64,000 nt of DNA from the human T2T-CHM13v2.0 reference genome, Homo sapiens: assembly GCF_009914755.1 (NCBI RefSeq), contig NC_060925.1. The stretch is one strand, 5' to 3'. Below the pieces are notes generated by a model. It saw nothing but the letters and a program-made list of their open reading frames with translations, was not told where the DNA came from and ran no database searches. A program made the position numbers and the translations under genes. Each line of letters begins with the position of its first letter. Position 1 is the first letter of the stretch. Of the stretch, positions 39,684 to 52,440 are shown in pieces.

Positions 39684-41000
39684 ATAAAGAGAGTTTGTGA
39701 CCTTCATTAACTAAAGCCAGACTGATGGAATAAGGAGGTAACATTTTAAACCTATTCCTGTTACAGCATTTTGTGAATTATTAAAGACGAGCAAAACTGT
39801 TCAAATCTTATCATTTCTTAATGCCTTAAAAAAAGAGATGCTTTATAAAAACAAAGTAGGAATTTTGTGATGGCAAGAATAATGAAAAATTAAAATACAG
39901 ATTATTAAAATATTTTAACATATATTAGGAAATTAAACATAATTTACTTCTCATTCTGGCACAGAATATTTTAACATTTTTGCCAACATCTTTTGTGGAA
40001 AAAAACGAAGTTCTTAAAACCAGAAATCTTTCTACAAATTTTTAAGTCCTTATATGGACAGGATGTTAATATGTTAAATTAAATTTCATGTGAAATACAT
40101 GGAAGTGAGAAATTCTATGGTGGCACTATTGCTTTGGAAGACTGATTTTAAGTAAATAAAATATGGTAAATTTAATATAACACTAGGAGTAGCATTTTGG
40201 TTTTCAATAAAGAAAAAAGTGACCATAGTTGAAATTTTCACTGTTGTAAAACTTTTAAAAATATTGGGATATTAGATTTATAGCCTCAATTGAATAAAAA
40301 TTTTTAATTAGATCAATTATTGCCTCTGGTGGTACTTTGTGTATATTCTTAGTATCATCTCTCTGAGGGAGTATCTTATCTTTTTCAGAGTATCTAGACT
40401 CAGTTTCCCTAAATAGTAAAATGAAGGAGTTAAACTGGATCATCCTTTACTGCTCAAAAATTTTATTTTATCGGGAATGATTGTTTCTGATTATACAAAA
40501 TGAGCTATTAAAAATATTGCTAAAGTCCTTAGAAAAAGCATCAATTATATTATGATGCCCAGAGAAAGTTGGAAAACAAAGTCAATGGTATATTCAAAAT
40601 GGAGCTCATTATTTTATTGCTCAAAATTAAGTAACTTAGCACTAGGATGATGATAATAGCTAGTTACTCAAGCCTGAAACCAGGTAGTCATCTTAGACTG
40701 CTCCCTTTCTTTCACTTCTTACTACTAAAAAGTTATAAAATTCTACTAATTTTACTTCTTAAATATCTTTTACATTTGACACCTCCTCTTCACTCCACTG
40801 TCCGTGTCATAGCTCAAGTCCTCATGTCTCACCCAGGCTATTAAAACTGTCTCGCTACTCTGGTCTCTTAAGCCTAAACCATTCTTCATACTACAAGTTT
40901 TCTTCTGAACTCGATCGTGTAATCCTTTCTGCTCAAAATTCTTCAAGATCTCCGTCCACAAAGTCAAAAATCCAGACACTTTTCCAAGGCCTTTCTATAA

Positions 41001-41326
<326 letters not shown>

Positions 41327-41472
41327 TAATACTTGCTCTTGAAATCTCTAGTGTCATCTCTTGCCATTTTCCCCACTTAATCCTCACACAGAACGCTTCT
41401 TGGACTTAGTTGTAATAATCTCTCTCACAACTCCAATGCCTTTGCTCGCCTTGCGTCAGCCAGCAATACTCT

Positions 41473-41872
41473 TTCCCCATTCCCTCTCCCTCTCCCTCTC
41501 CCCCTTCCCCCGCTCTCCCCTCTCTCCCCTCTTTCCCTACTCTCCTCCGTTTCCTCCCTCTGCCTCCTTTCTCTCCTCTGTCTCCTCTCTCTCTCTCTTT
41601 GAGACAGAATCTGGCTCTGTTGCCCAGACTGGAGCCAGTGGCAGGATTATTAGCTCACTGCAGCCTCTGTCTCCAAGACTCAAGTGATCTTCCCGCCTCA
41701 GCCTTTTAAGTAGCTGAGGACACAGGTGCGCACCACCACACCCGGCTATTTTAGGAGAGGCAGGGTCTCACTACGTTGCCCAGACTGGTCTTGAACTCCT
41801 TCCTGGGCTCAAGCAGTCCTCCCGCCTTGGCCTCCCAAAGTGTTGGGATTACAGGCGTGAGCCACCGGCCCG
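41473..41872 (-). mobile_element. AluJ with an expanded CT-rich tail (41473-41600)
   Basis: Polypyrimidine tract leading into an Alu dimer. Confidence 0.88.
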
Positions 41873-42384
41873 CCTAGCCAACTCTCCATTCACTCATTCT
41901 TATGTGAAACAGTAACAGAACTATACCACATCTGTGGAGCTTCTCCTGACTCCCCAAGCCACCCTAAGAGCCACTTTGCCTACGTCCTTATCATAGGAAT
42001 TACCCTAAATGATTATAGGACATTTTAATTGTTTGCCCATCTGTTTCCTTCCTAAGATTGTGACCTCTTGGAGGGCAGAAATGGATTTTTCACTCTCAGC
42101 TTCAGTCTGTCATAGAGCCTGACAGTTTCCCTAGCATTCTTTGACAATAGCAGAAGCCTAAAGAACTTCCACTCCAAGGAAATACAGAATCCGGGAAACA
42201 ATTGTTCCTAGCGATTAGGGAAATCTCGCGAGATTCAGGTCCTGGGAGCCTGGCAAGCCCACACAGCGACGGTTATTTAGCCGTTGAACTGCCAGCCGCC
42301 CGGGGCCCACGCGCTCCGGGCCGCTCAGGCTGAGCGATTTCCCGCCTTTTCTGAGGTTCTGAGGCGGGAGCCATTGGTTCTTTC

Positions 42385-42457
42385 TGTTGCCCTCATAGAC
42401 CGTATGTAGCAGTTCGCGTGGGCACAGAACCCACGGTTTCCCGCTAGTTCTTCAAAG
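42385..42457 (+). other. SYCP1: SYCP1 non-coding exon 1 (5' end approximate)
   Basis: Strong donor AAG|GTGAGG at 42457/42458 inside the CpG island, upstream of the ATG exon. The TSS cannot be fixed from sequence. Confidence 0.65.
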
Positions 42458-42649
42458 GTGAGGGCAGGTGCCCCGAGTTATTTTCCTGGGGACTGAGCCC
42501 AGAGCGGGGCGATGTTGTGCTACTGCACCTCCCCGCCGCAGCCCTCCGCTGTTTTCTTTTGGGTAGTGGTCCAGGAACTTAAGACAGTTCCTCCTGGCGA
42601 TGTGATGGAATTTAATGGGACAGGAGAAGGGAACGGGCTTTCTTTTCAG

Positions 42650-42720
42650 GCCAGCGTGGCAGCGGGCGGTAGGGCGAAAGGGAGAAGGAAACGAGGGTTT
42701 ATTCCGTTGCCCACTCCGCG
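42650..42720 (+). other. SYCP1: Probable additional or alternative SYCP1 5'UTR exon
   Basis: Pyrimidine-rich acceptor ctttcttttcag| (ends 42649) and donor GCG|GTAAGC (42721). Confidence 0.5.
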
Positions 42721-42902
42721 GTAAGCGACGTTGTAGGGCTCCACTGTAGCGAGAGCCCCGTGGATTCCTTTTTTTTTAGCCATTTAGTTTGTAAACATCA
42801 CTTTAAAGAATACATAGTGTATTCATGACACTCGGTGAAAAAAAACTTTCCTTCCCCTCCCGCCCCCCGGGGCAGTAGATATTTACAACCGTAACAGAGA
42901 AA

Positions 42903-43010
42903 ATGGAAAAGCAAAAGCCCTTTGCATTGTTCGTACCACCGAGATCAAGCAGCAGTCAGGTGTCTGCGGTGAAACCTCAGACCCTGGGAGGCGATTCCAC
43001 TTTCTTCAAG
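42903..43010 (+). CDS. SYCP1: SYCP1 first coding exon (MEKQKPFALFVPPRSSSSQVSAVKPQTLGGDSTFFK)
   Basis: Recognised SYCP1 N-terminus. NAGNAG acceptor CAGTAG at 42873-42878. Donor AAG|GTAAAT. Confidence 0.97.
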
Positions 43011-44010
43011 GTAAATTTCCATGTGACTCTTAATTGGACTCTTCTTAACTTTAGGGAAATGAAGAAAAGTGTACTTTCTTCCTGGTGGTGTTTTATAATT
43101 ATTTCTTCTCAATAAATGGTCTCATTTACCCAAGAATTTTGAATCCCATTGCTTTAAATGAACAGTGAGCATTATTGTGTAGGCATCATTCATTTAAATA
43201 ATGACTGCTGCCGTAGAACTCTGCATACATAGTGGAACGTGCTTATTTTAATTCTCCTTCTTTCCGTATTTGATTCGTGGCAACTTATAGGACAGATACT
43301 ACGAGATAGTAGAATATGTTAGGATAAAATTAGGAAAATTATCAAGAAAAATGAGGACTATTTGGACAAATGCCTATATATGAATAATAATTCGTGTTGT
43401 GACTGAGCTTCAGATTTGGCTCTGAGCTTCCTAGTGGATAGGGCAAAGAGGGAAATTCATTTATGTAATGGTGTTATCATTGGATAGGAGGAATTATACC
43501 AAGTTTCTCAGGTGAAACAGAGCTTTAAAAATTAATTAAAAAAATTTATCATGTGGATCCTTATATTGGAGATGCAATGATGCAATGAATATTTTACTTG
43601 TATATGCTGTAAAACAATTCTTGTGGCTGCTATAGGCAATAATATATTATTAAATGCTATTCAATAAAGACAATCTTTAATTCTATCAAGGGAAATCATA
43701 AACTGAAGAAATCTACTAATATTGTTCTATACTACTAGTTAGATTTACTATTATTCTCGAATACCTACAAAGCCATATATTGAGTAATTTATAGTTTAGC
43801 TTCATCTTACAAGTGGAAATATCTAATTAGAATTTTTTCTTTGTTTATATAGAAAAGGCATTTGATATTTTAAACACTGTATGTACATTAAAGGATTTGC
43901 AATTATAGTAACCTTTTTAAGCAGATGTATATTACATATGTATATATTACACTATTAGTATATCAGAGTGGTATGAAACAGAATATTTAAGAACTTCTTT
44001 GTGTCTCTAG

Positions 44011-44095
44011 AGTTTCAACAAATGTACTGAAGATGATTTTGAGTTTCCATTTGCAAAGACTAATCTCTCCAAAAATGGGGAAAACATTGATTCAG
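44011..44095 (+). CDS. SYCP1: SYCP1 coding exon (SFNKCTEDDFEFPFAKTNLSKNGENIDS)
   Basis: tag|...|gtagga, 85 nt, frame continuous. Confidence 0.95.
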
Positions 44096-44236
44096 GTAGG
44101 AGCATGGAAAAGCAGTGTATCAGCTTATATAGAAACATTGTGTTACATACATCGATAGTTATTGAAAATGTAACATAAGTATTATATAAGTATAATTGAC
44201 ACAAAAGCTAGATATAATACTTAATATAAAAAATAA

Positions 44237-44628
44237 GGCTGGACACGGTGGCTAACACCTGTAATTCCAGCACTGTGGGAGGGAGGCTGATGGAGGGGGA
44301 TCACTTGAGGCCAGGTGTTTGAGACCAGCCTGGGCAACATAAGGAGACCCTGTCTGTACAAAAAAAAAAAAAAAAAAAAAAAACCAGCAAACAAACCCCA
44401 CCACCCCCAAAACTAGCTGGACATGGTGGCATGCGCCTGCAGTCCCAGCTACTTGGGAGGCTAAGGTGGGAGGATCATTTGAGCCCTAGAGATGGAGGCT
44501 TTGAGGCTGCAGTGAGCCATGATGGGTCACTGCCCTCTAGTCTAGGCAATAGTGCCAGATGTCCTCTCTCTCTCAAAAAAAAAAAAAAAAAAAAAGAGAA
44601 AAAAGAAAAAAAAAAAGAAAGAGAAAAA
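44237..44628 (+). mobile_element. AluJ with long A tracts
   Basis: Alu dimer just upstream of the 44670 exon. Confidence 0.9.
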
Positions 44629-44669
44629 GATGTTGGCGTATTTAATACCTGTTGTCTTTTATCTTGCAG

Positions 44670-44713
44670 ATCCTGCTTTACAAAAAGTTAATTTCTTGCC
44701 CGTGCTTGAGCAG
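44670..44713 (+). CDS. SYCP1: SYCP1 coding exon (DPALQKVNFLPVLEQ)
   Basis: cag|...|gtcagt, 44 nt, phase compatible. Confidence 0.94.
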
Positions 44714-44881
44714 GTCAGTTAAGCATAGTACATGTAGATATAATCTGTTTAGGTAATGAACTGCTTATTTGAAGACGAAAAAAGTCTTTAGTTATTGCAT
44801 TACTAGTCTTCTGTATTTAATTGTTATTATTTAGAAGCTCTTATCAGAAGTATTTTCTTATAGAAACATCTATCTTTTTAG

Positions 44882-44935
44882 GTTGGTAATTCTGACTGTC
44901 ACTATCAGGAAGGACTAAAAGACTCTGATTTGGAG
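44882..44935 (+). CDS. SYCP1: SYCP1 coding exon (VGNSDCHYQEGLKDSDLE)
   Basis: tag|...|gtcaga, 54 nt. Confidence 0.94.
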
Positions 44936-45984
44936 GTCAGAAGATTTCCCATTCATATTAAATTTCTTGTAATTGGAATATAACTTATTACCTATATGTA
45001 TATTTCTTTTGAAGCTTCAAAAGGATTATTATTTGATTAACGTTTTAAGATATATCCTTTAAAACCTTTTTTTCTGCTTCTGTATTTTTTGGGTTATGAA
45101 AGTTCCATTTATGTAGAGGCAATTTAATTTTAAACCATGAAATCAAGAAGAGGGGAAACGAGTACTATACCTGAAAAGTATATTATCAAGAGAGTATTTT
45201 ACAAAATCAGCCTTTAATTAATAGACGAAATTGACTGGTTGACTGGTTTATTGTATAAGGAATTTGTAGGACATGCTATATACTTTTGATTTTAGTTATA
45301 AAAATATTTCTTATTTATGGCATATAGTGTCTTTAAAATGAAGAGAAATTCCATAGCCTGGTAAGGTACTGTATGTTTGTTGCTGTGATTATGGTATCAC
45401 AGAATTTAAAATATATAGAACTTATTTATATATTTTTATAAGAAAAAGTTGTCAACCAGCAAAAATTGATGTGACTAAAAATCTCTGATATTTACAATAT
45501 AATGTGGATTTTAAAAAGGCAGGAAATCTATATAAAAATCAGACTTGATGAAAATTATATCTTGTCTTCACTTTTATTTTTCTTGTCATTATATTTTAAA
45601 CTTCATGTCCTTTAGTGAATCTTCAAACTGTTTGTATAATCAAAGTGTTTCAAGACCATTGTTAAGATTTATAGATTTCTTATAGGATGATTTATTTTAG
45701 CTTTTAACCAGCCAGATTCTGTCACTAACTAAAATATTTTTATGGAGCCATTTCATTTTATTCAGCAAGGTATAATTTAGTCAAGTGACCAATAACTTTA
45801 ATGAAGTAGTTAATATTGCCTTAGTAGTTTAAAAGAGTTAATGTGGCTTTCAGTATGCTATTAGTGCTTAAATTGAGGAGATATTTGGTCTCAACTATTA
45901 GTATATGGATATTTTCAGTAGGCAGCTGTAGTTTGGTTATATTAGAATTTTGAACAATTAATTTTTGAAAACATATTTTAATAG

Positions 45985-46149
45985 AATTCAGAGGGATTGA
46001 GCAGAGTGTATTCAAAACTGTATAAGGAGGCTGAAAAGATAAAAAAATGGAAAGTAAGTACAGAAGCTGAACTGAGACAGAAAGAAAGTAAGTTGCAAGA
46101 AAACAGAAAGATAATTGAAGCACAGCGAAAAGCCATTCAGGAACTGCAA
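45985..46149 (+). CDS. SYCP1: SYCP1 coding exon, start of the N-terminal coiled coil (NSEGLSRVYSKLYKEAEKIKKWK...AIQELQ)
   Basis: tag|...|gtatga, 165 nt. Contains the conserved SKLYKEAEKIKKWK motif. Confidence 0.96.
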
Positions 46150-46508
46150 GTATGACACAATTTTGCATTGTAAACATAGTATAGTAAATCTAATCATAAT
46201 ACTGTTGAAAGTAGAGTATTAGTTGGGATAAATTGGATTGATCTTGTTTTTGTGATGAATATTTTAAGGATAATGCTTTTTAAAAGTTACATCAATACTG
46301 GATACATTTTAACTTTAAGAATGAGCATAGAGGACAAGTTGTATAACGCTTAATGCAAATGATTAGGGAAATAATAAATCACTTTATATAAAAATTGATT
46401 TAATGATTCTAATTTATTATAAAGAGTTTCAATTTTTATTCCTATTGATGTTTTATGTAAATATATTCTCTTAGATTACAATAGTTGTAGGTAACACTTT
46501 AAATTTGA

Positions 46509-46825
<317 letters not shown>

Positions 46826-47180
46826 AAACTGTGTAACTTTATCTGTAGCATAAAGTGAAAAAAATGTTGAGAAAATGTGACATTGTATTAGGACAAAGAA
46901 AAAAACATTACTTCAAAAATATTTAGAGAAGATAATATTGCATTAAAATATTGTTGAATGTTTCTTGGAGATGATTTAGCCTTCTTTATTTTAGATTGAT
47001 GAAGGCCATATTCTTAAGGGAAATCATAAGCTATTACAAAAATGTTTCCTTTTTATGTGGAAAGAAAATAATTCTTTTAGACCATTGTGTATTAGTAAAG
47101 AAATACTGCTTAATGATTATATTCGTGTTTATTTTTGCTAATAAGCAAAATGGGATGAACTTTTCTGTTTTATAAATTAG

Positions 47181-47248
47181 TTTGGAAATGAAAAAGTAAG
47201 TTTGAAATTAGAAGAAGGAATACAAGAAAATAAAGATTTAATAAAAGA
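47181..47248 (+). CDS. SYCP1: SYCP1 coding exon (FGNEKVSLKLEEGIQENKDLIK)
   Basis: tag|...|gtaagt, 68 nt. Confidence 0.95.
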
Positions 47249-48173
47249 GTAAGTAGTAATTTAATGAATTTGTTCTTTTCACATTTTTTATTCCAAATTT
47301 ACTACTAAAATAATTTTCAAAAACATATTGAGCACTTTCTATACGTTATATCATATGAATTTATAAGTAGAATTATATCTGAGTGCTATGGAAAAAGGAA
47401 GATGTACATTCTTGTGTTTGGCAAACTGTGGTCACTGACTAATAACTTCACTTTTTAAAATGTCAGGCATCAGGAATAAACATTCCTTGGTGTCAAAAAA
47501 GATGCCTGATAATTCTGTATCTACAACTACCTATGTATGTTGTCTGTTTCACTGCTGTCTTGAGTACAGTACTTATAAAACAGGACTTAACTTAGTTCCA
47601 AGTTAATTCTTACTCAAATTCCTGTTTTTGAAAATGTAACAGTTTATTTCTACAGAAAAATGGTAAGTTAGAAAATTAAGTCTAACTGCCATATGTGTTA
47701 GTAACTTCAAGATAGCCACAGGTCTCATCATTCACATAATGAATGCCTAATCAGAAAGTTACCTTATTTTGTGTTTTGAAGGTTAGACATATATTAATTT
47801 GTTAATGAATGGCCCAACCTATTCTCATTATTTTTCCTTAGGCAAATCTAGACCTGTTTACTGAAAGTTTATTGATAGCAACTTGGGTAGAAACTTGTTA
47901 AGGAGCTGTCACTTTTATTTGTTTATTTATTTTAGTGGCCAGTTACTAGAACTTTTACTTTTAAAGGGAGGCAATTACTAAATCATCTTTGCTAGTAGTA
48001 CAGTCAACCCACTGTTTCTTCATATAGTCATTTATGAATAATGTGATGTATGCCAAAGATTATAATATTTTAAAAATTTCTTAAAAATTGTAACAATATA
48101 TTTCATAACTTATATATTGTGATTTTGCTTTGAGATCAGATTACACACAGGCAAACTCTTTCCTTTGTTTCAG

Positions 48174-48247
48174 GAATAATGCCACAAGGCATTTATGTAA
48201 TCTACTCAAAGAAACCTGTGCTAGATCTGCAGAAAAGACAAAGAAAT
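48174..48247 (+). CDS. SYCP1: SYCP1 coding exon (ENNATRHLCNLLKETCARSAEKTKK)
   Basis: cag|...|gtaaat, 74 nt. Confidence 0.96.
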
Positions 48248-49227
48248 GTAAATATCTTTCTTGTTTTATGTGATTTTATCAATTTATTTTACTGGTAGAG
48301 GTGGAGAGGGAAAGAAATTGTCCTTTTAATTTTTGGAACCAATTTGATTTGAACAAATTATATGTGCCTCAGACTATTTTTATATAAGTAATAAGGAGAA
48401 TCACAGTTCTTTGACTTTTGAAAGCTCAAAATTTTTTGAAAGGTAATATATGTCAAAGGGTATATTCTTGATATTTATAGTTAATCCTGGTTTCAAGTAA
48501 GGTATGATTTTGAGACTAACCTCTGTCTGGAACAACTAGGAAATTCAATCGAGAATAAGATACATAGCCATGCTCGTAATAGAAAATACCAGTAGAGGCT
48601 TTGCTAAAGCCATTGTATTTATGAATAGTGGTGCAATGTTTATTTTCAATCTAAATAGAATTCTCAAATTTTTCCTAAAGAAAAATTCTTTTAAAATATT
48701 CTAATATGGTTGTGTTGTGTATGTGAAAGAACAGTTTAAAAATTTTAAAGCATGTTTTCATTTTTTTAAATTATAAAGTAGGATTTTTTCCCATTTTGAT
48801 GAAAAATAAGTGTGTGATTATAAAATATAATTCTTTATTTTTGCCATAATTTGACCCTGGCTTTACTTTGTTTCTGCCAAGAATCCATTGGGAAATACTG
48901 TCTACCTGCTTTTTCGGGATATTCTCTATTTTTCTTAGCTAAAAATTTTAATTTGTATCATACAGCTTACTACTTAACAGCTTGGGCTTAAGGATTAGAT
49001 AGCCGGTGCTCAAATTTAGACTTTCAGTTTCTGTCCACCTAGGGAGCTTGAATAATTTGAGTAAATTATGTAGTCTGTCTGTCACTCTGTTTATTAATTA
49101 AATGCCTCTTAGTATTGTCCTGAAAATTAAATGTTAATAAATATGCTTAGAACAATGCAAAGTGCTCAATAAATGTTGGGTATTTTATTATTATTATTGT
49201 CGTTATTTCTAACATTGACTGTTAGGT

Positions 49228-50075
<848 letters not shown>

Positions 50076-50429
50076 GATAGTTCTTTCTTACATTTAGTTT
50101 TCAGCTAAGTTAGAAATCAGATGGTGAGGAAGGTTTAGAGAACCCAACATTTTTCAAGGTGGTCTCTTTAATAAACTAAAGTTGAGGTATGTCTTGATGT
50201 GACATGTAGAAAGTTTTTTTTTTAAAGTCTTGACACTTGCTTTATTGTTAGTGTAAACTCTATGCAGATTCTTGCCTTAAGTTGTTGACCAGTCTTTTTG
50301 TTATTGTGCTTTTTTCTTTCTTTTATTCATTCATTCAATATTTTTTTAGTGCCTGCTATGTCATGAAATCTTCTAGATGCTGATGAAAAACAGCAGTGAA
50401 CAAAGTCTCTACTCTTACAAGAGTGTATA

Positions 50430-51578
<1,149 letters not shown>

Positions 51579-51907
51579 AAGAGTATACAGTCTAGTGAGG
51601 GGAGAGGATACAGATCATTAATGAATAAATAAAATATATGTTAGGTGATAACTGCTTAAGGAGAGAATATTTTGGGACAGGGTGATTGGGAAGTTTTTTC
51701 TGGTTAAGTGACATTGGGTAGAGACCTGAATAAGGGAGTGGGCCATCTATTTTAGGAAAGAATATTTCAGGCAGAGGAAGCAGTTAAGTGCAAAGTCCCA
51801 GAGATGAGAGCCTGTTCAATCTTTTCAGGTCACAATAATGAGGCCACTGTTCTGTATTTCTGACTCTGTATTTTTCATCTTTTTTCTCACTGTACTCCAC
51901 TCAGGAT

Positions 51908-52238
<331 letters not shown>

Positions 52239-52291
52239 TAACCTCTCTTCCAGTTTACTGATTTTCTATTTAGTTAATTCTTGTCTGTTTT

Positions 52292-52440
52292 ATTTTATTT
52301 TTATTTTATTATTATTATACTTTAAGTTTTAGGGTACATGTGCACAATGTGCAGGTTAGTTACATATGTATACATGTGCCATGCTGGTGTGCTGCACCCA
52401 TTAACTCGTCATTTAGCATTAGGTATATCTCCTAATGCTA
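52292..52440 (-). mobile_element. Severely 5'-truncated young L1 (L1PA2-4, L1PA3-like)
   Basis: - strand reads TAGGAGATATACCTAATGCTAAATGACGAGTTAATGGGTGCAGCACACCAGCATGG. 13-bp TSD tcttgtctgtttt. Confidence 0.92.

Larger units (their letters stand above)
42190..42990 (+). promoter_or_regulatory. SYCP1: SYCP1 CpG-island promoter
   Basis: Abrupt GC- and CpG-rich segment in an AT-rich background. TCTCGCGAGA at 42224-42233. E2F-type TTTCCCGC(C) at 42338 and 42437, GGCGGGA at 42363. Inverted CCAAT at 42373. MYB-type CCGTTG at 42281 and 42704. Confidence 0.85.

Noticed and set aside
42512-42724. Upstream ORF or alternative N-terminus of SYCP1
   Set aside because: The ATG lies in intron 1 of the likely transcript, and open frames of this length are common in GC-rich islands. 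No support from sequence alone.
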